Shown piece after piece: positions 22,854 through 36,910 of a DNA stretch of 64,000 nucleotides. Origin of the DNA: Antedon mediterranea (taxonomy: Eukaryota; Animalia; Echinodermata); NCBI RefSeq assembly GCF_964355755.1, contig NC_092677.1, positions 7,152,101 through 7,216,100 of the forward strand, read 5' to 3'. Numbering within the stretch: the first letter of the stretch is position 1; the number at the start of each line of letters is the position of its first letter. The position numbers and the translations under genes were made by a program. A model generated the notes under the pieces. It was given only the letters and a program-made list of their open reading frames with translations, was not told the origin of the DNA and did no database searches.

Positions 22854-23989
22854 TTAATGCTTCTCTGTCCTTCCGTGAGACGAACACCCAACGTCATCGT
22901 GTTTGTTTAGTAGTGACATCCGAGAAAAAGTTTTCCCACACTTTTTACAACAGTATTTCTTAACATCCGAATGCGTTTGTAGATGAGCCCTCAAGTTCGA
23001 TCTGTCAGCGAACGCTCTTTTACAGTGATGGCAGGAGAAGGGCTTTTCTCCTGTATGGGTGCGGATGTGACCTTGCAGAAGCCAAGGCCTAGAGAATGCT
23101 TTTCCGCAGAAGGTGCACTTGCACGGAAGTGTATGAGTCCTGATGTGCATCTTTAGTGCTCCAAGTGACATATACTCCTTATCGCAATATTTACATTTGA
23201 AGCTTTTCTTACTTTGGGCATCACAGTAAAACTGTCGGTGTTTGCTAAGTCCACTTGACGTCACATAAACTTTATTGCATTCCGGACATTGGTGTTTCTG
23301 ATCAGAATTCTGAGGTTCTTTCTTCTTCCTTGGGTTCTCCTTAGTTGATGGTACAATAGTCCCTATAACTGTCTCTTGTGGAGAGATGACAGAGTGCATA
23401 ACAGGTGCTGCGTCAGCGATCTTTATTCCGCTGTCACAGCATGCCGTCTCAGACGGGTAGCATGTCATGTAGCATAGCTGGACAACCCTTTCGTTCAGCG
23501 ACTTGATGGCTAAAGGTTCCGGTCGTATGGGTTTTCGTATAACATCTGTTAAGGGATTGAATGCTATAATAAAAAAAAAGATATTGTTAATAATGTATTA
23601 TTCGTTTATATATTAAAAAAAATGAAAGATTATAAAAGGGAAAATAATAAATTATACAAATAATGAATACTGGATATTTACTGAATGAAAAGCCGAGCGT
23701 GCAATAGAACCATTGAATAGAACCTTTACCGTGTAATAGAGCTAATACTTATGCGGTAACCAATAAATGCATCATTGATTGATGCAATTATCTTATTAGA
23801 AACATTTATTTATAACAAACTAATAAAAACTCGAGTAACAGGTGTCCCTAAATACAGGTACAGCATACAACATTTACAATAATAAATAGTTATAAACCTT
23901 AGCTTACCTGCTCTTTGTATAGAATGTTGCAGTCTCTTAAAATGATACTGGTGGTTGTAGTGTTTCTTGATCAAAAATGACCGCGGCAT
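22854..23989 (-). CDS. snail: Snail zinc-finger transcriptional repressor; exons 23908-23989 and 22854-23563; 263 aa
   Basis: Exon 1 encodes the SNAG domain [10 protein letters not shown] phase-1 GTAAG..TAG intron joins it in frame to exon 2. There are five zinc fingers with the diagnostic [37 protein letters not shown] and [14 protein letters not shown] (Snail rather than Scratch type). Confidence 0.97.
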
Positions 23990-24092
23990 CCTTGCAAACG
24001 GACTCTTCTAGTATCAGAACAAAATCTTGAAATCTGTGACTGTCGTATCGACCGAAATCAATGTAATGACAGGTATCGGAAAGTTATACAAG

Positions 24093-24213
24093 CTTTTATA
24101 CATCTGACTTGCTTTACCAAGTACAATACAATGCATTCCGGTCTAGTCCAAGGATTTGTAGGCGGAGCTAAACTACTAAGTAGCCAATCATTGCGCCGTA
24201 TTAAGTGCAGGTG
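24093..24213 (-). promoter_or_regulatory. snail core/proximal promoter
   Basis: TATAAAAG on the minus strand at 24093-24100 (~105 bp upstream of the ATG), GC-box-like AGGCGGAG at ~24160, CCAAT box AGCCAATCA at 24182-24190 and E-box CAGGTG at 24208-24213. Confidence 0.6.
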
Positions 24214-26441
24214 GATATTAATAGTTTCGCGGTCCAGTGAAGTTTTGGAACAATGACATTTACAAGAGCTTTAACCACAATCCGAAGAGAAAAAAGGGGC
24301 GTTTTGTAAGATTCTATGCAACGAAAACTAACAGATTATGTGTACATCTGACAACAAATCATTACAACTCTATTAACTATAAGCATTTTGGTGGGAATCT
24401 TGAATAAGAACAATGAATATATCAAACAACAAACGAGAAAAAACAGAGGTGCTACCATTTTCTCGCCATTCAAATGTGTGACAGTTAATTTTGAAATCGT
24501 CATTATTGGTTAAAAGTGATTTAAACTAGATCAGTACTGGCTAATCTGTAGGATATGAACTTCTATGATTTACTAACCCACTTGTCCCTGAGATATTTCT
24601 TATTGCCAAGCAAGTGCATCCTATACTACAAATATGTGTTTATATCAATACTTGAACAATGTTAAGGATTATGGTGTGTATAGTATATTGGAAATGAAAC
24701 TTACCAATACAATGAAAATAAGCAACCACTTTTTATTGGTAAATCAGTTTGGTATTATGAAACTATAAGTCTTTCAAATTGACGCTTGCTTTTCCTGTTT
24801 TTTACTAAACTTAGACAATGTGTACACAAACATCCCGAAGTATTCACTCTAAACAATACAGAGATTTAGCTGTTTATGTAACCTTTAACTAGATATATAT
24901 TTTTTGGAAAACTACGTATGTAATTACAAAAAAATTAAAAAAGTGTCAATATTAAACTTGACTCAGGTAAGCTATTCACTCAGTAAATTTGGCGAAACCA
25001 TGAAACCAACTTACCGGGTAAGCCTGATAATTATTTTTTTTTAATGTTTCGACTAATAACATTAATGGGATGAATACTGTAGGCCTACACAAGAACAACA
25101 ATAAAAGTCACAAAAGCAAATTTACTTTACTTCTCCGATTACGGGTAGATTTTTCTACTGTCGCAATTTAATAGTAACATAATACAGCTGATTATCGATA
25201 CAGTGTTCACTTATCTTGGTTCCGTAAAACACATGTTCGACGTGTTACGACTGTATCGTACACCCTATAAATATTATAATTTTGCTTCTGACGACTTGAT
25301 TTTGTAAAATGTGTTGTCTCTGATCTACGGAAAACAACATAACACTAACATTATTATTTGTTGAGAAATATACGCGACAATAATATAGATGACAATACTT
25401 ATTACCGGTAACGCGGCCGACTTCAGAGCCATTTATTTAAAACCACTTGGGTACAACGAAGTATACAAAAACAACCTAATTAAATTCTTATCAAATTTTT
25501 TGGGGAAACTATTGCATTGTTTCCCAATCATAATTAACACGTAATGACCGCATATATGTCCTTAATAAAGTAATCATCCTACGTATAATAATGCCACAGA
25601 TCCGCAAGGAATCACAAGTTATTTGTGGTAACCGGACTGTCAGGAACAATTGGATGTAAAGTACAGTAGGCCTACTCGTTCGTCGTGTGTATTTCGAGTA
25701 ATATTTCTTGTTTTGTTGTTGCCTTTGTCTCATGGATTTACACGGGATATTTTGATGTGCTTGCAAATGGCTCATGGTGTAATCGAGACCGATGCAATTT
25801 TTCCCTACTGTGGTTTCGTTCTTTTTGTTTATATAATTTCCATCTTTCTCTAGATCAGGACAATCTGGTATTTATATTTATATGAACGGTGTCAAAACGA
25901 AAGATGAAACAAACTTAATGCATATTGTAATCTTTTTCTTGTGGTAGACATACGTGATATACCTGTTAGCACATTGTGCATGTTTGATACGCATGCTAAA
26001 ATGCTCAATCACAAAAGGAAAAATAAATACAAATATGATTTTACATTAAAACTGTTACAGTAGCCTAAGTAGCGATTAAGATCCTTATTTCTGAATGGTT
26101 ATCATTTTATCTTTTTAAAAAAATACTAAAAAATGGCGCTGCAGCAGACAAATTCACAATTTTATTACAGGTGTATTATTACACATATCTACGATAATAA
26201 TTTTGACAAATTAACTCTAAATGTCACAATACCGGAAGGTATAGAAACCAGTGCGTGCTGAGTGCCCACCATTGCAAAATCCCAAGAACTACAAAACTTC
26301 CGTAAACATTGTGATCGTCGGATATGATCCATATAATACAACACACAGGAACTTTGTATTACGTTTGTCTGTCGCCAGTAAAGGCCTACTACTATCTTTA
26401 GCTTTGCAAGAACTGTATTGGTTTTGTTTTTTTGTTCTCTT

Positions 26442-26661
26442 TTAAAGGTGTATTGTCCACAAAACATGAAAAATAACGATCAATAAATCAAATTTTAAAT
26501 AGGTCATTTTGTAGATTCACGTTGTTAAAAAAATGACTAGCTTACAAAAACAACAAAAAAATAGTTATTTAGCCAAAAATGTGGGTTTTTTTTTATCCAG
26601 GTTGAATTTCTTTTTCAGGGGAGCAATATTTTAACAGGGAACACAATAGGATGTTCCTTAA
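26442..26661. mobile_element. Degenerate TTAA-flanked MITE (Kolobok-like), same family as 46999-47544 and 49183-49515
   Basis: Starts TTAAAGGTGTATTGTCCACAAAACATGAAAAAT, like 49179-49214. The right end is degenerate. Confidence 0.5.
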
Positions 26662-27548
26662 ATTTAATTCCTATCAATAATTTATCTGATTCATCATCAG
26701 TAATGTTTTCGGGACGACGACACGGCTAGTTTGTATATGCGCTATCTTACTATAAAAATTGTGTTATAATAGCCCTTATGGTCTCTACTATGTAAGTGGT
26801 ACGGTAGTCACTTAGATATTATAATCTTTAACATTGTTAACGGACTGGTTCTCACAAAAGGTCACAATTGCATATTAGCTCCTCGTGATAAAAAAATAAA
26901 AATTTCAGAGGCGCCAGGTTGTTAAAGGTATAACCAATCGATATTTCCTTTATCAATTTGTCCTTCGGTAGCGATTCTGCACTTGACCGACACAATAGAC
27001 ACGGCTATTATACAGATTGGCTAGATTTGATATCAAGGAATTCATGGGAAAAGAAAATAAACTGTACCAGGATACAAACGTGAAAGATTCGGTAAAACAT
27101 TTGATAAAATTTCCCTTTTTATTCGGCCCTATATAACGCAGTTGTTCCATGTAGTGGAATTTAAATTCAGTAACTTTGTACAAATTTACTGTATGTTTTC
27201 CAGTGTCTTCGTACTGTACGAATTCCATTTTTTCTTACTGATTTTGCAGTTGTTACATTTTACGATTTCCAGTGATGAATGGTGTAAATAAGACATTAAT
27301 TAAAGGCATATCATTATTTAATGTTCCTGAAAATACTCTCCAGTTTGGGCTTATTATTGGTTACACAATTGTATTAGACCAATGGAATTCGATATACGGA
27401 TGTGATCTTTTTTATGTGTTTTTTTTTTCTAACAAAAACCATCGAATAAAAGTCCACAGAACTTTCTTCGCCCAATTTTAGATGCTAATTACCCGTGTCC
27501 CATCTTAGATGACTCTTATGGAAATTCAATAATGATTCCTGGTTTTAC

Positions 27549-27573
27549 CATGGAGTAAATTCTTTACTCCATG
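27549..27573. mobile_element. 25-bp palindromic transposon footprint with a 7-bp target duplication
   Basis: GTTTTAC-CATGGAGTAAA-TTC-TTTACTCCATG-GTTTTAC. Confidence 0.55.
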
Positions 27574-28437
27574 GTTTTACTTAATAAACAAACTACAGCT
27601 GACTCTAGGGTTTCGTGTAGTTTCCCATGGAAACCGACGCTTGTGATTTTTACGCTGAATTAACCTTTACGCTTATTTTAACACTGGGGCGTGTTCTACA
27701 GCACTTGAAACTCGCGTCCAAATTAAACCAAAATGTTGTTATGATTTAAAAAATAAAAAGTTTAGAATATCAATCAAACATGTAAATTGGCGTACATAAA
27801 ATGAAATACAACATTCTTTTTGCAAGACAAAAAAGACCAAAATACGCGGGTACACTCCATGGTGTAAACAAAACTGAACCTTATTCGACACCTGCTTCAA
27901 GTCAGTCAAGTGGAACGGGCTTGCGTATCGCGTTTTGTTTGCCCAAAACAATAATACTATCGAGTGCTGTATGTTTTCTTTGTTTTTGGGTTGTGGCGAG
28001 AGTAACGGTATTTATGGAACATAAGTAGACTGTATGTGTGCTGTGATTGGTCAATAGAGAAGACGCGATAGGCTACACACAGAGAGTGTGTACTTTGGCG
28101 CGAGTTTGTTTGTACGATAGGTGGCAGGTGGTAATTAGGCGAATCCACAAAGTGTGTACTGGAATCTTCAAACGAAAAAACATACGGCACACGTTCATGT
28201 GTGCTGTACATACAGCAGGTGGCCAAAGCAAACATAGGATGTATCTCTGTCTTAAGTAAACAATTTCATCTAAAGGAATTTTAAAAATATCATTTTTATC
28301 TGTACTTTAATTTTTAATACAATTTTACTTTATCAACGATAACTACAATATTTGATTTATATTTTATTCAACGGTTGTTCTTCTGTTTTCTGTTCTATTC
28401 TATACTTTTATTGTATTTGTTTGATTATATTTTATAG

Positions 28438-28550
28438 TACCGTAAGTAAAACCTCGCAAAGAAAACATACAACACTCTTCTTTTTTTAGTTCCTTTTTTT
28501 TTGCGTGGGGGGGGGGGGGGGGGGGCGCTTCTTTTCGAGGTTTTACGGTA
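28438..28550. mobile_element. Small Tc1/mariner/pogo-type MITE
   Basis: TA-CCGTAAGTAAAACCTCG ... CGAGGTTTTACGG-TA inverted ends flanked by TA, with an internal poly-G run. Confidence 0.55.
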
Positions 28551-31500
28551 CTGAACTATTATTATATTATCATTACAGTATGGCAGCCTTTGTAATCTGA
28601 CATTATAATAATATCATCACACTTGGCATTCTTTCAAACAAACTTGAGTATTTCGTTACGCACTTTGCATGATATACTTAAATACTAATTCGTTGAATTG
28701 TACACATCCATTGTTGTTTATTTCTAATAAGTAGGATTGAGCGTTTTGTGTGCCTTATGTTAATTCAATGAGTAATGGAAATTGTTTGATATAGTTTTAA
28801 ATATTACATAATTAATCAGTAATAACACACGACTTTAAATCAATGCGCACGTCAAGATTTTGAGAAAAAAAGTTATTTATTATTATTATTATTTCTTACA
28901 TCCGGGGTACACGCTATCTTTTGTATTGCAACCAAATTAATAAAATAAAAACAATATTAAAACATAAAAATAATAAACCAAAAATTATTGAAGCAGAAAC
29001 TGTAGGCCTACATAATTACGGAAAAGAACGAGTAAATTGTTAATTAGGCCTGATAATCTAAGAAATAGTGTAATAAAGAAAAGTGAACGTAGGCCTACTG
29101 TATAGTGTAAAGTTATGCACATGCAGATAATCATACATTTTTGACGGAAATAGTTTCATTTCGTTTTACGTTGTTATATTGTTTTTAAATTTTAAGCAAG
29201 TATTTTTCGCAGTCTTTTATAAGAAATGTAAGTATATAATTAAGGACAAAGTAAAAACCAGTTGAAGTAGCTATCAGATCACATGGCACTTAATCGGTGA
29301 TATTTGTAAAGTAAACACAAACTTTTAATACGTGATTACGTCATGTCGCCTTCGACTTTTCAATGAATGGCTAATAGAAGCGCATTACTACACAAAACGT
29401 CCAGCAGGCATTAATACTTCAGGCCTATAGAAACTTGGTATACAACAAGGGGTGAACAGAAAAATTTAACAATAATTCCACCATACATCCAAGCTTTGTT
29501 CCGTCACTAATCAACCCCGGCGCGTGCACCTTGTCCATAAACAATGGTCGATCCTGGGTACTTATCTAGGCCCTGACTACTCGCAGCTGCCCCAGGCCCA
29601 CAAAGGGCGCAGGTGGTTCCTACTCAAGGGCCGTAGGCATGCGACGAAAGTCACCACTGTCCTGGTATTTACTCTCACACACATGTCAGCCTACCAGATT
29701 TCGCGCCAAATTTAACAAAGAATTATTCACAGAGAGTGATCAGAGACAAATTGAATAATGAGCGGTGATTAGAAAACTTTAAAAACAACTCTTTGACCTT
29801 AATGAGACCAAACTATTGTGAATACACTATCAACAAAGTCACTATGAAATAAAAACACACCACACTCAGTAATTGTTTAAATTGTTAAGTACATTTTTTA
29901 AGATTGTATACCATTAAATCCTTTTGCTTTATTTTGCACTGTCCCTAAATAAATAAAAAATAATGAATGATTTACTTTTTACATTTAGCGGGTGTTTTAC
30001 GTAATTCAAAGAATCATTTATGGCTGTGAGAAGGCATGTCGTTAAAAAGCATTATTAGGCCTACACAACCTTCCCCTTTTGTGTACAAACTCATTGCTTA
30101 TGTACAAGTATAGAAACTTAATTTAATTATTGCATTGAATTAACATCAATGGTTATTATCTAGGCCTATATATATCATCGCGTGTGTCGTTTCACTAATT
30201 AACACCGAAGGCCTATAGACCTAGTTTATTTGTGCTTATGTCTGTTCTTAGTTTAAGTCTAAAAGATTCGCGAGGATTTTGTCTAATTATCGCCTATTCT
30301 ACAGGATGGATGGGAAGATGGGTTTAAATGACTCACGATTGCTTTAAAGACATGATTATACGACAATTAAGACAGTACCAAAGTATCAATGAAACAATTT
30401 ACCCAAATGGGCTTTTAATCGGTCTCTCGTGCCTTTAAACCGATCCTCCACACTAGTTCAATCGAAAGGGGTTTCAATTAAGACAAATACTGTAATGAAA
30501 CGATTAGAAATCAAAAAATCAACAGCTTTGATATTTGTACAATAGGGTTTAATCGCTTTCTCGTGCCTTAAAACAAGCATGCACACAAGAGGTGAATCGA
30601 AATTAGGGTGTTTCAATAGAACAGGCTTAGCTGCTATCAATGGAACAATTGGAAATCCAAAAATCAACAGTTTTAATGTTTGTAAAATGGGGTTTTAATC
30701 GACAAAATGAAATTGAGGTTTCAATCAATCAATAAAACAATAGAAATCAAAATAAAACAAAATCAACAGTTAAAGTAAGCTTCTGTCGCGACACACCTGG
30801 AGTTTGATTACATTATTCCTTGGTTATATGAATCTTTCAACGAATATAAATATACTATATATTCTAGCTATTCAAAAAAATATAAAACATTCGTTTCTAA
30901 CTGATTAATACCGGCATTCGACACCGATCATTGTGACAGAAATACTTTCACGGAATTATCAATGAAAAAAATATAGCATTACACGGTGTTCGTATACAAA
31001 TTTAATGATGAAAGCAGGAAAAGGGAACAATTTTTTATCTCCCTGGTTAATACAAAAAACAATGTAGTTTAATTCGGAATTTTCTGGGTTTTTATTTAAA
31101 GGATCTTCTTCAAAGTGGCCAGACAAGTTGACGTTTTCTTTGAGGTTTTTAATACATTATAGACATACCTATAAAGGAAAAGATCGAGTAAACATAGATT
31201 TTCCTGTTTACGTGCGTAACTACGCTGGTTCATGGTGGTTTGCACTCTTCTATTTCAGTCAATGCTTTTCTAGTATATTTCGAAGAACTATTGTCAGAAT
31301 TTCATTTCGTAAATTGCTTCCTCGTAAAAGATACAACACCGGAATTTCCCAAAATATTTTGTTAACAATAAGAAATGTTATTGTATGCAACACGGTAGTG
31401 TCTATGTTCGAGGTCAATGACCTATATACCATAAAGCACTGTTCTCAGTAAAGGCTTTCAAACTTCCAATTATTCAAAAATAAGTATTTACACGAACCAT

Positions 31501-34500
31501 AAATGAAACCATGACGAACATAAATTCATTCAAAAATAAAATGTTTGTTTTTACCTTTCAAATAATTGTTAAAAAATAAGAGAAAAACAACTTGTGTCGG
31601 GAAACCAGTTAATATGTGTTATCTAATTCTTTTTTAGCCTACATACAGAAAAGCTGAAAAAACAAAACGAGACAAATAAAGACTGAATTGCTGGAGTAAG
31701 ATTATTTTAAAATATTTTAGAAAACCAAAACATATAAAAAAGCAAGATCGGATCTGGAAAAATATAATTTTAAAAACATGCGAGAACCCATATTTCCAGA
31801 AGCCCCAGGTAAGACGTATTATTGTTTTTTAATTGTCAAAAAACTAGGTCACGTATTCAAACACCTACACATATTTGACTATTGTCCTCTAAGACCAAGG
31901 CCAGCTTCCTTATCCTACCACTTTCGAACAAGGAAAACAAACATTGTCCTTGATTAATTAAAAGCGCATCACTTCAAACAGAAGTACGTTATTAGTCTAT
32001 TTATATGTAATTCTATTTCTTTTTGACATTAGTTACAGGTATCTTGCTTTCTACATGGCTGACATTAATTTGCCTTTATGCGCCGCTTAGGCCTAAGTCA
32101 AGAAGTTACGAAGTGCTTAAAAGGCAGGTGCAGACAAACATTCTAATAACTTTCATATATTGTTTGGAATTGTTTGCGTTGCACGAAAAAGAAGCAGCAC
32201 AAGCCTACCATTACTATGGCAGAAGAAAATATGTTTTGTTTAAATCTATGTTACTCAACATTAACTAAATTTAAAATGCTTAGGCCTATATAGTCCTATT
32301 AGAAAACATATTGCATAACATAAACCGGATTTATGGTCTACTTCAAATAAACGGTCGTATTTGAGATTTTAAGCGAGAGGAATTTGATATCACACAATGT
32401 GTAAATACAAGTTATGTCAAAACAAATATGAGAACATTCATTGTACAGTATACCGAACATTTTAAACATTTCAAACCCACAAAGGCGGATGAACGAAAGG
32501 ACATATTTTCCAAAAATATAGTCGACCGAGTTATTTTCAGAAGCCCCACCCAAATGTAATTTCTCGCCCGTTCCATCACGTGTACCGTACATGGTCTAGA
32601 TACGCCCCCGATGATCGAAACGCGTCAGTACATTTCGTAGGATGGAATTTGGTCATAATGTATTATATACTTTTCTGTGACGTAAATGTTCTAGGTCTAA
32701 TATAGGCCTAAGCCTGTTTTGGCAGTCGTTTTACTGTTGAACGGATCACAACAGGTCGGTCCCATGACGTAACATTTAAAGAATTTCAGGAAGGCGAGAT
32801 CGGGATGATTTCCCATCACCCACACACCCCTTGAAATCCCAGAAGGTACCGGGCACACAATGTCAGATCTGTGTACACAACATGGATAGTTCCTTGTCGC
32901 GATACCGTAAAAAATGCAGACACTATTTCTTGTCAACCTGTTATACTCCCGTGGTTACAACGTGTCAATAGCACTTACTCAATGTGTTACTCACACATAA
33001 CTATGCATTCCGTCCAAGTTCAAGTGGACTTAACGTTCTTTCTATTCACTTTTTCTCGGTAAAATATCCTACAAAGGAACAAGTTCATTAATTATTATTA
33101 TTAGTAGAGATTAATACAATTTGTGACGTCACCTGTAACCTTAATATAGTTGTTAAAAAATACTAGTAGGATATTAATCACAAATTATATTAATCCGCAA
33201 GCTTTAGTGAAATTGTGGTCACACGTACTAAATGAACATTTTTAAAGAGCTATTCTATCTGAAAGTAGGACGCATGCTAAGGTCCTGGCATGATGGCATC
33301 ACTATTATTAATCATCATCTTAAATTCTTTTCTCATCATATTTAAGTTTTCTCATTTTTCTTTCAATAATCACGGATGGACAATATCTTGTCAGTCATCG
33401 AATAACTAGTTGGTTAATGTTGCAATTACAGGCCTATCATATGTATCGATTGGATGTTTATAATCAAAAAAGAGAAACAACCTGGCCCATGAAAGATAAT
33501 AGCGATAATAAAGAGGCCTACATCGTATTTTAAAACGATTTAAATACAAATCGAATTTCATATCACCCTTCCAAACATTGAAAATGAGCATTTTAAAAAC
33601 TTTTAAATTAATATTTCTTTAAAAATTTTGATTCTAATTCGTAATTAACCTGTATTGCGGTCGACGGAAAGTGTGGGACTACTCGACTCACACTCAAGTT
33701 TGTATGAAGAGCATTACGAAGAGCAATGGAATGCGTTATCAAAGTATAGTATAATTTAATAAAACCGGCAATGAACTATCAATTTATCTCTAGAACCATT
33801 TCATGTGATCATGTAATAGTCATGGGGATATGATCCTAATATGTAATAACTATGTTAATAACTATCCAATATCTTATAAAACGTCCATCAACAATGTAAA
33901 TCCCCCAAAATGGCAGAATCATTACAATATAACGGTGTTCACACAGAGTTAACAAAGTGCAGCATGATCGAGTTTAAGTATTCCATTTAGTTCACTTTCA
34001 GTTTTCCCTGTGTCATGTTTCTCTGTTATTTTATTGTTGTACCTTTGTACTGTCCTTGTTTTTTTTTAGATGAATAAATGAAATGAGTTATGCTGATCTA
34101 AATCACATCCGAGTTACAACCGACGTTCTTGTATAATCATCATCATAATCGCGTCACAGGCTAACTCCATCAACTCCAATAAAAACAACTTTTTGCGTTC
34201 GAACATTTTTTATTTTCTCAAAACAGTGGGTCCTATAATAAAATGTTTTACTTAATAAATATAAAACGAATAAACCAATAAAAATAATGTGTTCATCCGT
34301 GAAAATTTGGCCTAGTTTTTAAAAAATATAAACAAAATCAAAATCACCATGGTTCATAGAGGCATTATCGAAGAATGCGGTTTTGGTGTTAAATATTTGT
34401 TTGTGTTTATATTGTTTATTATATTGACGGGATTATGGGTTTGTGGGGCGTTTTATGACGTTGCAAACGAAGTATTGTTGGTGACCTTGATGAAGTAAAT

Positions 34501-36214
34501 GACGATTATGAAAATCAAAAGAGAAACCAAATAGCATCAAAAGGGCGTTCTAAAATTGTGGTCGAACGATGAATTGAACAACTCACCTGTTTGGGAGCCT
34601 AATATAGATGCACCTGCAGGGTAGGCCTAGTTTGAATTTAATATCTTCGATATTAAAGTACATTTACATTACATATACAATAATTGTAAATAAAACCACT
34701 CTCATTAAGCCTACACAGTCGTGTTTAGTGCAAAAAAAAACCTACAGAAATGTGAATAAAACAATAGTAAGAAACGCCGCCCTCTATAATGTGAACATTC
34801 CAGAAACTTTTTTTAGGCCTTTTACGCAGCCAAAATGAATAGCATAACAAGACCTTCGAATTCCTGGTCAATTTAACAACGTGAAGGATGATGACGAGTT
34901 AAACGGTGAAGTTTTTAAGTTAAAAGAAAATGCTCACCAGAGTGTTGTCTTCGAAGATTTTTTCCAAAACCAGATGTAACCACGTGTCCGGTTGATTGCC
35001 AACAAAGAAGAATGGCAAAACTGTGAAAGTAGCTAGAAGAAATTCGAGTGGCAAAACAATTCAGATAACATTTCGCCAAATTTGTGACAACATTCAACAT
35101 GGATTAAAAAGAATCACAGCTCCTTTAATAACCGTGTTGACTTGTTGCGTCTGTCTTTAAAATCACATTCTCTTAAAACGTTTTCCGAAATTACGCTTCC
35201 CACGATTTGTTTCCATATTTTTCTGTTTTGGGCAGGATGGTTTTTTCTTGTGCTAAAGTCTACATTAAAAGGCGAATATTCTGTTGTTGTTATTCGCAAG
35301 CATTTATTTTTTTAGAAATCTAAAGTATACGATTACTCATCCCTGGTAAAAATACTAATTACATAATCACATTATGAAAAGTATATATAAACAAATGTGG
35401 CTTTTTCTCATTCTTACAGATTTCCTCATGTTTATCGTTTCAATTAATTAATCAATATTCAGTATATCACCGGGCGGTTTAAAATTCCTTCTAATGTCTG
35501 TGAATGTATTTTGTTGTTTTAGTATTTTATAGTATTAATTATACTATATAAATTATACATCCCTTCTAGTCACTCTTCTACTGTCCATGAACCATTTGTT
35601 GAGTTTCGTTCTAACTAATATGCTTCTACATGTTACAAGTAAACATTTTACTCATCACTCATCCTTATATTATACCAAAAAAATATATAGCTATATACAC
35701 ACACACAATGTTATGCCTAATTAGACGGTGTACAAATATCATATTTAACCTGGCTATTTCACATATTAATAACACCTACAAATACAACACTAAAACAATA
35801 TATATAACATAACGAATATTTGCAGAATATAATACATTTGTGCATAAATTGATCAAAATAATTTGTGTTCGAATTAAACTTCATAGAAGTGTACTAAAAT
35901 GAAATTCGTCTAAACTATCAAAATATACAATATTCCAAACTAGCCTATTTACTTCTGAAACTATGTCACATGTTTTAAAAGCGTAAGCAAACACAATAAA
36001 AATTGTATTACTAAATGTGTATAATTTCATTTCTGATTTAAAAAATAAAACCAGTTATCGAATGTGAAGAAACCACTTGATTTAAAACACCCTTTGAAAT
36101 AACACAAAGGTAAATATATTTCATAAATTTGCATTAAAATGTAAAATAGGAACGGTTGAAAGATTTTGCATTGATATCGCATAAATTGCACAATTTTTAT
36201 TATTACTTCATGTC

Positions 36215-36304
36215 ATTCGCTTTCCTGACGCGTTATTCGCTTTCCTGACGCGTTATTCGCTTTCCTGACGCGTTATTCGCTTTCCTGACGCGTTGTTTGC
36301 TTTC
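36215..36304. repeat. 20-bp minisatellite (ATTCGCTTTCCTGACGCGTT) x~4.5
   Basis: Direct tandem copies are visible. Confidence 0.9.
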
Positions 36305-36481
36305 TGAAAGCTTCGTTCATGTTTAACAGTTTGTCTTCACAAAACTGAATCCAAGAATTGCTCTTATAAAAACTGTATTGCTTCAAATAGCTATGCGCTT
36401 CATTATTATCTTGATTAAAAAAGAATTTTTATTATAGAAACCATTAAAAGTCGCGCTTCATACCAATATTTTCCTACCTTA

Positions 36482-36672
36482 AGGGCCTTTCACACCTGCT
36501 CCGGCACGGTTCCGGTCCGGCGACGGCAAATCCAATCGAACGTCAATGTTTCGTTTTCACGCGGCTACGCGCATATCGATTGGTGCTTGGCCGCGTGGAG
36601 CGTCGTAAAAACGAAACATTGGTGTTCGATTCGCCGGACCGGAACCGTGCCGGAACAGGTGTGAAAGGCCCT
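36482..36672. mobile_element. PIF/Harbinger-type MITE, 191 bp
   Basis: Long TIR AGGGCCTTTCACACCTG(C/T)TCCGGCACGGTTCCGGTCCGGCGA at both ends, with TTA duplicated at 36479-36481 and 36673-36675. Confidence 0.85.
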
Positions 36673-36822
36673 TTACACTGTCCAGCATTCAGGCACAAAG
36701 TCATGAGTTTTTTTTTATTATAATTGGATGGATGAAATAAGGTTTTTAAAATGTTGATCTATATCAAATTACTTCATTTGATGTACTTTGTATATTGTAA
36801 CTATAAAGGTTACTTCACTTGC

Positions 36823-36910
36823 AGTCTGGGCTCCAGACGGAGTTTTGTCTTAATATTAGTATATTAAATATTTTTGCACATATGGCGTTTCATACGTGTA
36901 TTACTTGAGT
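36823..36910 (+). mobile_element. Short dispersed repeat, second empty-site paralogue of the Academ insertion site
   Basis: AGTCTGGGCTCCAGACGGAGTTTTGTCTTAATATT...GCACATATGGCGTTTCATACG matches 14418-14500. Confidence 0.75.

Noticed and set aside
32338-33062. CpG-richer block with several short ORFs
   Set aside because: None of the frames examined gave a recognisable protein; it may be regulatory or old TE sequence, but nothing is supportable.
34996-35160. Open stretch ending in CCVCL* (CaaX-like)
   Set aside because: It is preceded directly by a stop, has no ATG or convincing acceptor, and has no recognisable homology.
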